Positions 27,883-37,084 of a stretch of DNA of 52,216 nucleotides are shown one piece after another; the stretch's first letter is position 1, and each line of letters opens with the position of its first letter. Both the position numbers and the translations under genes were made by a program. The notes below the pieces were generated by a model. It saw nothing but the letters and a program-made list of their open reading frames with translations, had not been told where the DNA came from and searched no databases. Source of the stretch: Desulfobacterales bacterium (GTDB lineage: Bacteria > Desulfobacterota > Desulfobacteria > Desulfobacterales > UBA11574); contig JBFESJ010000001.1 of assembly GCA_041548585.1 (NCBI GenBank), positions 1 through 52,216 of the forward strand, read 5' to 3'.

Positions 27883-30825
27883 CTATCGATGAAATCGTTC
27901 AAAATCAAACAGTTCGATTTCTTTACCAATCGTCTTATCCGCCCGTTTGACCTTAATCTTGACTGTACTTCCAATCTTGCCGTAAAACAAGGCAAGTTTC
28001 AGATCCGCCAGTGATTGTATGGGTCGTTCTGCAACCATCTCGATTACGTCACCTTTCTGAAGTTCGGCTTTTTGTGCAGGACCATTTTGACTCACCCCCA
28101 TGATCACCAGACCCTGATCTTTTTCTTCGACCATTACCCCCAGTTTTGGCGACTTTTTCCCGCTGAGTTTTGTGGTTAACAGTACAAAATCTGCCACACC
28201 GTCTTCAATCGCTTCATCCTGAACAACAACGGTGAATGGTTGGTGGTTCCGCCGATAAAGTCGGTCCGGAATTCCATATTTATGCCTGACATGACCATTG
28301 CCCGCCAGAATTATCATTTTATGATCGGGATGGTTTACCAAAAAGCGATGCGCGGACTCGGCCATGCCTTCATCCCATACCATTTGAGCCTGTAAAAAAT
28401 AGTTGAAGTTCTGGAGATCTTCTTGTTTATTGTGCACAACAAATACCTGGTTCAAATCCTTCCGGTACGTTTCATTTGAAAAATTCATGTCAGAAGGCAA
28501 TTGTTTTTTTTGCTTGTCAGGCAGATCGTACATCCCTTCCCGTGCAATTTTACGGGTGAGATCTCCCTGAATATTTAAGGCAACAAGCGGGATGCGCTGT
28601 TGTTTGAGATAATCGATAATCGGTTTATACAAATTGTAATCGTATCTCCACCTGCTGAAATATTCTGTCTTTTTTAAAAAAGTAAACTCGTCAATCCGTC
28701 CGACCAGGTAGTCATCCACGACTTGTTGATACGGCTTTTGGAACATTTCCATGCCCACAGCCAGAGAATATCCGGCGTCGTGGATTTTTTTGATCACTTT
28801 CAACTGGTTCATATGATGCGCAAATTGGTCGTGGGTTTCTCCAACGTAAATAATACGCGAAGCCGTAAGTTGTGGGATAATATCGTCTATTGTTGCAAGT
28901 GCATCAGGCTTAAGCGCCCTGACTGCCGGACGGGATAACATCTGAATGCCGTTTTCTGATTCGGCAATCGCTTTGAAGGTGTTTCGGCCGTCTTCAAAGG
29001 CAAGCTCGGTATATTTTCCATAGTGCGATATTTTATACTGAACCGCCTGTGCCTCCTGTTTGTCGGCGGCATTTAACAATGCAACACGTTCCCTTTCATT
29101 ATACGGATTTTTATATACTTTTACATGCAATCCGTCTTCTGAAAACGTCTGTTTGCCAAAAAGCATTTTCACGACAGGATTGTCATAGCCTGCAATGAGC
29201 AACGAATTTTCTTGAATCTGATTAAAAGTAATATTATCCGGTGTTGCATAATCAATCGTTTTAATCCCCATAGCATCAATCAGCGGTTGGTATGTTGAAC
29301 GTTTTAAAGATGAGATCACGGCAATCAGCTTTTCCTTGCCCATGATGCCGGCCAAAACCGGAGGCGCTTCTTCAGGAGCTAAGTGTCGCATCAGCGCGTA
29401 ATTTTCGTCCATAACGACTTTATTGGGGGGATCATCAAGGGTCAGCGAAATGTTTTCTTTTGAATTTTTCACATCAACCCATTGTGTATGTTTGTGTTTA
29501 CCGGCATAAAACGTAATGGGGATGTTCAGAGGATAGGGCTCATCATGCTGCAAAAGGTCAAAATTCAGCTTTAGTTTACCCTCCGTCACATACAACTTGG
29601 TATTTTTCACATCAAGACGAGGAATATTTTTTCGGGTTAGCCAATCCCCGAAATAGGTATACAGCTTTTCCCCGGTCGCTCTTTCAAAAGCGTGCTGGAT
29701 GTCAAGCCAGGAAGCCTGGTGGAACCGATTCTGTCGAATAAAATCTTTAAGAGCTGCATAAAAGGTTTCATTACCGTAAAGCCTATGCAGCCCGTGAAAC
29801 AGCATGGCGCCTTTCCCATAGCCGATAACACTCTGGGCCTTGTTGCCTCGGCTTGTAAAATCGCTTAATTGCATGGCATTGTCCGCATGGACATACGCAT
29901 TGTAATCCACCAGGATCTGTTTTCGATAGGCAGTATCTTTCCCTTCTAAAGCGGCATAGTAATGATCGGAGAGATAGGTCGTTAGCCCTTCCGCCCAATT
30001 GCCGGATACAAAATCGATATAAACGGAATTACCGAACCATTGATGTAAAATTTCATGTCCCAGAGAGGTCTTGACAATAAACGGCAAACGCACCACCTGG
30101 TTGCCCAGAAGGGTGAATGTGGGCATGGAGTTTCCGGTGGGCAATATATTTTCTACAATGGCAAAGCGCCGGTATGGGTAGGACGTGAGCATCTTTATGT
30201 ACATGTCCAGATATTTTTTTGTATAGGCAAGATAAGCATCTGCAAGATGGGCGTCCTCTTTAAAGAAATACGCTTCAATGTCGACGTTTTTATATCGATC
30301 TTTTTTTTGAACATAGCGGTTTGAAGCGGCCAGGTGCAAACTATCCAGGGGATGATTAAACTCAAACACAAAGGTTTTTGCTCTGCCCTGTTTTTGAATG
30401 GTTGTATATTCAGATTCAGATATGGCAATAAAATTTTCCGGCAAGGTCACAGAAAGCATATACTCAACCAGATCATCGGGCTGTGGATACCAACCGGATG
30501 TTAAAACTACATGATCTTTATCGATAAAGTTAATCCGGCTTTTGTTAATCAAGGCTTCATAGCGAATCTTGATTTCCTTGCCGCTTTGCAATGAAAGGTG
30601 AAGAATGTCACCGGTTGCGTTGGTGATGTCGCTACCCTCCAAATTCAATACCTTCAAATTCTGAACGGAAAGATCAAGCTTGATATCGGCATCCGCTTTC
30701 AAACGGGCAATGCCGGTGATTTTTTGTTCGGCGGTGTTTATTTGCACATCAAGTGTATATTTCATATTTGCACTCCAGGCCGTCACGGGTAGACAAATCA
30801 TCAAGACAAAGAGTAATTTTTTCAT
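27883..30825 (-). CDS. secreted multidomain protein: M1-type gluzincin peptidase + ChaN/Tiki-like domain + PDZ
   Basis: The ORF has a signal peptide (MKKLLFVLMICLPVTAWS) and HEILH-x18-E (WAEG). The block IIYVGETHDQFAHH is ChaN-like, and the C-terminal block GLVIMGVSQNGPAQKAELQKGDVI is a PDZ domain. Confidence 0.75.
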   Translation of the reverse strand: MKKLLFVLMICLPVTAWSANMKYTLDVQINTAEQKITGIARLKADADIKLDLSVQNLKVLNLEGSDITNATGDILHLSLQSGKEIKIRYEALINKSRINFIDKDHVVLTSGWYPQPDDLVEYMLSVTLPENFIAISESEYTTIQKQGRAKTFVFEFNHPLDSLHLAASNRYVQKKDRYKNVDIEAYFFKEDAHLADAYLAYTKKYLDMYIKMLTSYPYRRFAIVENILPTGNSMPTFTLLGNQVVRLPFIVKTSLGHEILHQWFGNSVYIDFVSGNWAEGLTTYLSDHYYAALEGKDTAYRKQILVDYNAYVHADNAMQLSDFTSRGNKAQSVIGYGKGAMLFHGLHRLYGNETFYAALKDFIRQNRFHQASWLDIQHAFERATGEKLYTYFGDWLTRKNIPRLDVKNTKLYVTEGKLKLNFDLLQHDEPYPLNIPITFYAGKHKHTQWVDVKNSKENISLTLDDPPNKVVMDENYALMRHLAPEEAPPVLAGIMGKEKLIAVISSLKRSTYQPLIDAMGIKTIDYATPDNITFNQIQENSLLIAGYDNPVVKMLFGKQTFSEDGLHVKVYKNPYNERERVALLNAADKQEAQAVQYKISHYGKYTELAFEDGRNTFKAIAESENGIQMLSRPAVRALKPDALATIDDIIPQLTASRIIYVGETHDQFAHHMNQLKVIKKIHDAGYSLAVGMEMFQKPYQQVVDDYLVGRIDEFTFLKKTEYFSRWRYDYNLYKPIIDYLKQQRIPLVALNIQGDLTRKIAREGMYDLPDKQKKQLPSDMNFSNETYRKDLNQVFVVHNKQEDLQNFNYFLQAQMVWDEGMAESAHRFLVNHPDHKMIILAGNGHVRHKYGIPDRLYRRNHQPFTVVVQDEAIEDGVADFVLLTTKLSGKKSPKLGVMVEEKDQGLVIMGVSQNGPAQKAELQKGDVIEMVAERPIQSLADLKLALFYGKIGSTVKIKVKRADKTIGKEIELFDFERFHR

Positions 30826-31045
30826 AATGAAATCATCCTATTTTCTGCTTTCATGCTATTTTTTTGTTGACGACCGATCACACAGGCGGGGCTGCCCCGG
30901 GTCCTGCAAGAATTGGGTTATACCTAAAAAGATATTAAATCTATAACACAATGGCGCAATTTGAAACGCTCAATTTAGGGTATAATAATCTGTGTTATTT
31001 TCAAAGGAGAAAATTGATAATGATTCAAACCGAGTAAGACCATGG

Positions 31046-31666
31046 CTAAGGTTTCATACTCGTTTTTAATTTTTCAACCAAATCTTTGACGGGCTGTCCG
31101 GTTGGCGATGTTGCAGCAGGATTTCTTTTGACAAGTTGTTCCCATGCATGAATGGCACCATCAAGGTCATTTAAGTCGTGCATGAGCACAATTCCTTTGT
31201 TAAATAGTGCTGTCTCATGTTTGGGATCGATTTTCGCTGCTTTATCAAATGACGCAATGGCTTTTTCTGGTTCACCGGATCGGCGGTACATGATCCCCAG
31301 GTCGGTCATCACGTTGGCATTGTTCGGGTTCAACGCAAGTGATTTTGAATATGCCGTGATCGCTTTTTTATGGTTGCCGGTATCAAAATACAGATTCCCC
31401 AGCGTTGTCCACGCGGCAACATCATCAGGATTTTCTGATGTCTTTTTTTCGAGTTCAAAAATTTGGGCCGCGCTTTCTACGGAAGCAACCGGATCTTTTT
31501 CGGCCGGCTGGGTAAGCATCGGTTTCTGTATGGATTCATCAGTGCCGGATTTATAAACGCCGAAAGCGACACCTGCTAAAAAACCAGCCACCAGGGCAAT
31601 GGAGGCGACCATCCACATGGTCTCCTTTTTCACCGTTTTGCTATCAGATTTTATATGTTTCTCCAT
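31046..31666 (-). CDS. membrane-anchored TPR-repeat protein
   Basis: The ORF has an N-terminal TM segment (MWMVASIALVAGFLAGVAFGV) followed by TPR-like repeats (AWTTLGNLYFDTGNHKKAITAY...). Confidence 0.7.
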   Translation of the reverse strand: MEKHIKSDSKTVKKETMWMVASIALVAGFLAGVAFGVYKSGTDESIQKPMLTQPAEKDPVASVESAAQIFELEKKTSENPDDVAAWTTLGNLYFDTGNHKKAITAYSKSLALNPNNANVMTDLGIMYRRSGEPEKAIASFDKAAKIDPKHETALFNKGIVLMHDLNDLDGAIHAWEQLVKRNPAATSPTGQPVKDLVEKLKTSMKP

Positions 31667-31914
31667 ATTACTTTCCTAAGTAACGAAAAATCCTTGTTCC
31701 GAAACTCCCCCAAAAGACTCTGCAACGCCTTTAATGCAACACTTCAACACTCTTATGGCACGTTGTGGCATATCAGTCAACGTTTATAAAAATTGGCCGT
31801 TTATAATACCATTTATAGCGGAAGAATCCTGGCAGATAAAAGAAGTATTCGGATTGAACATCTTAAATATTGCGGGTAATTTTACAGGTGAATTTTATGG
31901 GGTTATCTAATGCC

Positions 31915-32184
31915 CTATTTTATGGCTTCTTTTAAATGTTTTCCCGGTGTAAACCGGACGACATTTTTTGATTTTATTTTTATTTTTTCACCGGTTTGTG
32001 GATTTCTCCCCTTTCTTGCTTTAAGTTTGGATACTTTAAACGTTCCAAAACCGGTTAGCGTAACCGAATCACCTTTTTTTAATGTATCGCTAATGGCTGA
32101 AAGTAAAATTTCTAAAACTTTCTGAGCTTCTTTAGTGGAATCCAACACTTTTGCCATGTCGTTAATCAATTCTTTTTTTGTCAT
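31915..32184 (-). CDS. hup: HU-family nucleoid-associated DNA-binding protein
   Basis: The protein MTKKELINDMA...GFGTFKVSKLKARKGRNPQTGEKIKI..VRFTPGK is HU-like. I prefer the ATG at 32184 with an AAGGA RBS over the longer ORF that opens at 32223. Confidence 0.85.
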   Translation of the reverse strand: MTKKELINDMAKVLDSTKEAQKVLEILLSAISDTLKKGDSVTLTGFGTFKVSKLKARKGRNPQTGEKIKIKSKNVVRFTPGKHLKEAIK

Positions 32185-32223
32185 TGCGTTTTTCCTTTCT
32201 TCCAATAAGATTCTAAACAGCAA

Positions 32224-32445
32224 TTAATCATAATCTTCATCGAATTTCATCCGATAATGTTTTTTTTTACTTTTAAACTTCCTATTTTCCTCATGTTGGA
32301 GATTTCGGGATTTATGTTTGCGGCACTGAGGGCAACGCAAGGGTGCATTAAACCCTCTCTTGTTCAATTTTTCTTGTTCCTCAACCGAAAAATCAAAATC
32401 TTCCTGGCACTGGATGCAAGTAATCACCTTATTTTCCATAATCAA
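32224..32445 (-). CDS. small zinc-ribbon protein with basic tail
   Basis: The 73-aa ORF has the CxxC pairs CIQC and CPQC followed by a Lys/Arg-rich C-terminus. Confidence 0.6.
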   Translation of the reverse strand: MIMENKVITCIQCQEDFDFSVEEQEKLNKRGFNAPLRCPQCRKHKSRNLQHEENRKFKSKKKHYRMKFDEDYD

Positions 32446-32477
32446 ATCGTTTTAAATCTTTTCTTTAAAAAGTTTTC

Positions 32478-32732
32478 TTAATTGTCTATCACTTCGAAGC
32501 GATTTACTTCGATATTGAACTTCCCGTCCGATCGCTCAAACACCTTGCCGAAAACCGTTATCTTTTTCTTGATGAAATCAAGCAAGTCTTTGTCGTCCAG
32601 ACAACTTTTTACGATATACTCATTTTCATCAAAAGCCTGTATTGAAACTCCGATGACATTGTTTTTATCATCCCATTTATCAGGGATTAGAATACCACTG
32701 ACAGTTCGTTGAAGCATGCCTTTCGATTTCAT
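32478..32732 (-). CDS. small protein, family member 1 (paralog of 35012-35260; distantly of 42874-43170)
   Basis: The 84-aa ORF aligns with the 82-aa ORF: VSGILIPDKWDDKNNVIGVSIQAFDENEYIV matches ITGIVVAAGWDDNGNVALISIQGYDEKEYIV. A sigma54 motif lies 65 nt upstream. Confidence 0.7.
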   Translation of the reverse strand: MKSKGMLQRTVSGILIPDKWDDKNNVIGVSIQAFDENEYIVKSCLDDKDLLDFIKKKITVFGKVFERSDGKFNIEVNRFEVIDN

Positions 32733-32796
32733 GATTTTATCCTTAAGAAAAGGACGTTATCTGCCTCATTCGCTAAATTGGACGTACAGCCTAAAA

Positions 32797-32812
32797 AGCA
32801 ACGAGCATGCCA
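32797..32812 (-). promoter_or_regulatory. sigma54 (-24/-12) promoter
   Basis: The minus strand reads TGGCATGCTCGTTGCT, an exact fit to TGGCA-N7-TTGC. Confidence 0.8.
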
Positions 32813-33231
32813 AATTCGTTTTTTATTTGCGATTAATCAAACTTGAAAAAAACCTATTATAATTTATTTCAACAAGTTGATTCTTTTTCTAAAAACAGCA
32901 CAAACATTAAGCTAAAAATGTTTAAACTTATTTTTTATGTTTTATGGCACCCATAATGTCCGTACTGGCACAAAACAAGAACGGCGAGTTCTGATTTTAT
33001 GCAAATTCGGAGCTGAATATTCCGAACTCGACTCGAGTTAAAATAAATGATGATGATATTTTATCAAAAAAATGCGTACATATTAGACCATGCCCACTTC
33101 ATCTGAATTCCGATAACGACGGTTAAGTTTTCAGATTACTATGGAATACTGTTTAGTGACATTAAGAATTCTTATAAGCAATTGTTCGAGTCATCGGGAA
33201 TCCAGAGGATCAAAAGGCGGATAGTTGGATT

Positions 33232-33247
33232 TGGCAGAGTTATTGCA
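33232..33247 (+). promoter_or_regulatory. sigma54 (-24/-12) promoter
   Basis: The motif is TGGCAGAGTTATTGCA, 97 nt upstream of the DksA-like ORF. Confidence 0.8.
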
Positions 33248-33343
33248 TTATTCAATCCGTTTTTATTAGATTTCCATATCCATATAAGACCCGAAGATAC
33301 TCAAATTTCCCAATGAAATAAGCAAAAATGAAGGAAAAGTTTA

Positions 33344-33697
33344 ATGAAAGATGAGGACATTTATTTTTTCAAGCATTTGTTGACCGAACAGTTGGAGGCA
33401 CTTTTGGGACGGGCTGATATTATGGTTCATAATTTAATAGAAAAAGACCATGAAATATCACCGGATCCCTTGGACCGTGCATCTTTTGAATCCGAACGCG
33501 GAACTATGCTTCGAATCCGAGACAGAGAAAGCAAGCTTATTAGGAAAATACAAAGATCACTCGAAAATTTGGAAAACGGTTTTTTCGGAATCTGTGAAAT
33601 GTGTGAACAAGAGATTGCAGTTGAACGCCTAAAAGCGAGACCGGTTACGACCCATTGTATTAAGTGCAAAACGAAAATGGAGGCGTTGGAAAGATGA
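33344..33697 (+). CDS. DksA/TraR-family C4 zinc-finger protein
   Basis: The 117-aa ORF has CEMCEQEI...HCIKCK at the C-terminus, preceded by a region that looks like a coiled coil. Confidence 0.8.
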   Translation: MKDEDIYFFKHLLTEQLEALLGRADIMVHNLIEKDHEISPDPLDRASFESERGTMLRIRDRESKLIRKIQRSLENLENGFFGICEMCEQEIAVERLKARPVTTHCIKCKTKMEALER

Positions 33698-33918
33698 AAT
33701 CATCTATTTTAAAGGCGAAGACAACATTAGAATCATCGACAGCCACAAAACATAAAGGACCAAGAAACGTCAAAGCTAAAGACCATTATAAGAGTTTCCG
33801 AAAAAAGAAAATAAAATCAGGAAGAAAATGTAGAATCTGTGGAAATGATCCCTATCCAAATTATTTCTTCTGTCCGGCCTGTCATCATAGAATCGGTGTG
33901 TATGAAGAAAATGAATAA
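33694..33918 (+). CDS. small basic zinc-ribbon protein
   Basis: The ATG overlaps the DksA-like stop (ATGA). The ORF has a Lys-rich N-terminus followed by CRICG...CPACHH. Confidence 0.55.
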   Translation: MKSSILKAKTTLESSTATKHKGPRNVKAKDHYKSFRKKKIKSGRKCRICGNDPYPNYFFCPACHHRIGVYEENE

Positions 33919-34445
33919 TAATTAATGTCATTCTATTCCCCATTCACCTGCCGTGATTGTTATCGAAAGAGATGCATTTTTTTGTGAATGGGCTCTTTTT
34001 AGTTTTGATTTAAGTGTTATTCTAATATGAAAATTCCTTCTCAAATAATTTAGAATCTCAATTGAGCGAAAGTCGAGAATGCTCCAGATCCCACCGATGG
34101 CGGGATCTCCGTTTCACTACGAGCGGCATAAAGAGCAAAGCTTCGCTATTCAAGGCAGGATAGACCTTTGCCGTCTAATGTGGCCCCTTGAAAACCAAGG
34201 AGATTCCCGCTTAAGGTGAGATTCCGCTGTGCTCAAGACGCATTCATCGGATTTCCTTACGGGTAAACAAAATAATGAAATAAACCCCTGTTGATACCTG
34301 TACTATATCCGTTTTATCGCAACCGAATTATAGTAGGGTAGCAGTCTGTAGTTTTATGTTTTTATATTTGTTTTTCGGCATGATTGAGGTAGAATCAAGC
34401 GGTAGATGCTATCCTCGGTGAGATATAGTTATTTTGGAAGGGCAG

Positions 34446-34975
34446 ATGAGGTCTGGCCTGATTACTTCGGAAAAATCGGGAGTTTAAAGGAAAATTCATA
34501 ACGCGTTAACCTTGGGAAGTTTTATCGACAAAGCCACCGAAATAAATGGGGTGGTTAAAGTCCTTGGATAAAAGCGGAGTGTCCTGGCCAAATTAATTTA
34601 CAGATACGGCAATCGGGAATATACTCAATTTATCTGTCTCCACTGCGGAGCTGTCCCGGATGCTCTTTTGGAAAGGGAGTTTTTCCGTTATGAAAAAAGT
34701 GCTTTCACAGGCGCTTTGAAAAAAAGTTGGGCAAATTTGAAATTGTGAGAAATGGGTCCTTGATTCTTGATAAGATCGGCACCATAATGCCTTTAGCTGC
34801 AAACGCCCGTCAAAAGGCTGTACAAGGTTTCGAAGAGCAATATATTAAAAAGACCTTCTGTTAAGAAATAAGGAAAAATAAACCTATCTGCTGCCCAAAA
34901 GGCCGGAATCAGGACCCGTCAACTGCATAACTCCACGCTTAAATACGGCCTTCGAAAAGAAGACTTCAAAACACA
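34446..34975 (+). pseudogene. decayed, internally deleted copy of the sigma54 activator gene at 39411-40817
   Basis: The nucleotide sequence is colinear with 39411-39540, about 39950-40185 and about 40640-40810 of the intact gene. The copy has frame disruptions and lacks roughly 400 and 455 nt. Its upstream region 33962-34060 matches 39258-39360. Confidence 0.85.
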
Positions 34976-35011
34976 TCGTCTTTACTTTCAAATTTAAAAG
35001 GGGCCATTGCC

Positions 35012-35260
35012 TCAAATGAGATCATATTGATTGACTTGGATTAAATGTTTGCCGTCTACCCTGTCAGAAATGTTCCCGGAAACCATGACTTTGCGGTTTA
35101 TAAAATCCATTAGTTCTTTTCCGCAACGGTTCATTTTAACAATATACTCTTTTTCGTCATAACCTTGAATTGATATTAAGGCGACATTGCCATTATCATC
35201 CCAACCAGCTGCAACCACAATACCGGTAATAAATGGTTTTAGGTTTTTCATCGCGTTCAT
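35012..35260 (-). CDS. small protein, family member 2
   Basis: This 82-aa ORF is a paralog of 32478-32732 and has a consensus sigma54 motif 65 nt upstream. Confidence 0.7.
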   Translation of the reverse strand: MNAMKNLKPFITGIVVAAGWDDNGNVALISIQGYDEKEYIVKMNRCGKELMDFINRKVMVSGNISDRVDGKHLIQVNQYDLI

Positions 35261-35324
35261 TTTAGTTTTTTAAAGTAAGTCTTCTATTTTTTAAAGTTCA
35301 TCGCGTTCATTTTGACTGAAAATC

Positions 35325-35340
35325 TGCAAAGGGCGTGCCA
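35325..35340 (-). promoter_or_regulatory. sigma54 (-24/-12) promoter
   Basis: The minus strand reads TGGCACGCCCTTTGCA, a full consensus match. Confidence 0.85.
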
Positions 35341-35612
35341 AAATATGACCTATTGAAATACGCATGTTTTTTTGATTATTATCATCTATCAATAAGAACC
35401 GAATGTAGCGGTGAACCCTGTTAATCGTATGCGTTGTTACAGTTGTCGTTGATTAATCCAAATTGTATAAATATAATTTATAAACAGGGCTGCAATCAAA
35501 ACCGGTTCTTTGGAATTGGAGGTTTTATTTCGGACGATGTGAAAAATGGATGAAATCAAGACTGTATTTTCAATACATAGCGCCATGTTTACAATCATAC
35601 CAACGCGTTTTA

Positions 35613-35627
35613 GGAACTGGAAGTTCT
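35613..35627. promoter_or_regulatory. candidate enhancer-binding-protein site (GGAAC-N5-GTTCT palindrome)
   Basis: The sequence is GGAACTGGAAGTTCT. Its centre lies about 60 nt upstream of the GG of the 35678 sigma54 motif. Confidence 0.5.
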
Positions 35628-35677
35628 TTTAATGGCGTCCAAATTATAGATATAGTGTTATTTTAAAATGTTATATC

Positions 35678-35693
35678 TGGCATGTTTCTTGCT
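35678..35693 (+). promoter_or_regulatory. sigma54 (-24/-12) promoter
   Basis: The motif is TGGCATGTTTCTTGCT, upstream of the SET-domain gene. Confidence 0.8.
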
Positions 35694-35865
35694 ATTTGGT
35701 GATCCCTTTGCTAAACGAACGGTTTAACCAGAACATCCATCATAATAATTGGATAGTTCCCTGCAACCTCGACTCTAACGGCCGCAGGGAGCTCCAAAAA
35801 AAGTCTGGGCTTACTCTTTTCATGAAAACCAACTTTAAGTATAGTGAATAAGGGGGCGTTGAGAC

Positions 35866-36402
35866 ATGTGGCTGAATTTTAGTGTCAGGAAAAAGCTTTG
35901 TTTGAGTGATTGTTTACATGGAAAAGGTGTTTTTGCGGCTGAAGACATCCATGCAGAGGAAGAGATTTTACAATTCGGAGGACCTATCATCGGGCTCGAA
36001 GAACTCCCAAAACCATATACGGCCCAAGATGACTACTATCTTCAAATCGGTGCAAACATGTTTCTTGGCCCTTCCGGAAAATTGGATGATTATATAAACC
36101 ATTCGTGCACCGCAAATACTGTCGTGATATTTGATTCCGGTGTTATAAAACTTGTAGCTATCATTTTTATTCCCGCAGGGAATCAGATAACTTATGACTA
36201 TTCCACCACGATGGATAATTTCTGGTGGGAAATGGAGTGTGCCTGCGGTTCGGAAAATTGCCGACGAAAAGTAAAAAACTTTTTGGATCTTTCAGAACAG
36301 TTGCAATCGAAATATATCAATATGGGCATTGTGCCGGAATACATTCTTAAAAAACTGCCAAGGATACAATTGAGCATATCTGATAGTTGCCATGCTTTAT
36401 AA
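35866..36402 (+). CDS. SET-domain protein (putative lysine methyltransferase) with post-SET Cys motif
   Basis: The 178-aa ORF has an AAGGGGG RBS and the blocks GKGVFAAEDI, INHSCTANT, ITYDY and CACGSENCRRK. Confidence 0.75.
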   Translation: MWLNFSVRKKLCLSDCLHGKGVFAAEDIHAEEEILQFGGPIIGLEELPKPYTAQDDYYLQIGANMFLGPSGKLDDYINHSCTANTVVIFDSGVIKLVAIIFIPAGNQITYDYSTTMDNFWWEMECACGSENCRRKVKNFLDLSEQLQSKYINMGIVPEYILKKLPRIQLSISDSCHAL

Positions 36403-36454
36403 AAGATAAAGTTTAATTTTAACCAAATAACATTATGCATTCTGAGGTTTTAAA

Positions 36455-37012
36455 TTGAATAAAATAATTCCTAAATCTATGTTTTTTACCAAAGGCGTGG
36501 GGTATCACCGCAACAAATTACAAAGTTTTGAGCTGGCCTTGAGGCAAGCCGGAATTGAAAAGTGCAATCTTGTTTTCGTATCCAGTATTTTCCCGCCGGA
36601 TTGCAAAATTATCTCAAGAGAAGCTGGAATGAAAAAATTGAAAGCCGGACAAATTACCTTTAGCGTGCTTTCCCAGGAAAGTACCAACGAACCCAATCGC
36701 CTGATTTCAGCCGCCATCGGATTAGCTCGACCAAAAAATAGCAAACAGTATGGATACCTTAGCGAACACCATGCCTATGGCGAAACCATGAGAAAATCAG
36801 CCAATTTTGCTGAAGATTTGGCAGCCACCATGCTGGCCTCCACCCTGGGAATCGAACTGGATCCTGATGTGGCTTGGGATGAGCGCAAACAAGTATACAA
36901 AGTCGGCAAGCGTATGTTTAAATCTCGTAGCGTTGCCCAATCGGCAAAGGGTCATAAAGACGGATTGTGGACAACTGTTGTCGCCAGTGCGGTTTTTCTG
37001 CTGGATGAGTAA
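36455..37012 (+). CDS. pdaD: pyruvoyl-dependent arginine decarboxylase
   Basis: The ORF starts at a TTG with a GAGG RBS. The blocks FFTKGVGYH and NLVFVSSIFPP (Ser-Ser self-cleavage site) are typical of PdaD. Confidence 0.85.
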   Translation: MNKIIPKSMFFTKGVGYHRNKLQSFELALRQAGIEKCNLVFVSSIFPPDCKIISREAGMKKLKAGQITFSVLSQESTNEPNRLISAAIGLARPKNSKQYGYLSEHHAYGETMRKSANFAEDLAATMLASTLGIELDPDVAWDERKQVYKVGKRMFKSRSVAQSAKGHKDGLWTTVVASAVFLLDE

Positions 37013-37084
37013 GCACAATTAATGGGATTGCTTTTAGTTTATTATGGCCACTCCAAGTTTAATGAAATTCAAGGACGATTCAAA

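Noticed and set aside
31756-31780. Two overlapping TGGCA strings (TGGCACGTTGTGGCATATCAG) lie between the TPR and HU genes.
   Set aside because: Neither string has TTGC at the correct spacing. They point toward the 3' end of the minus-strand HU gene, so no gene would be served.
33664-33693. The ORF track gives a GTG start at 33664 for the small zinc-ribbon ORF.
   Set aside because: That start would overlap the DksA-like gene by 34 nt. The in-frame ATG at 33694 forms an ATGA stop/start overlap and is the more economical start.
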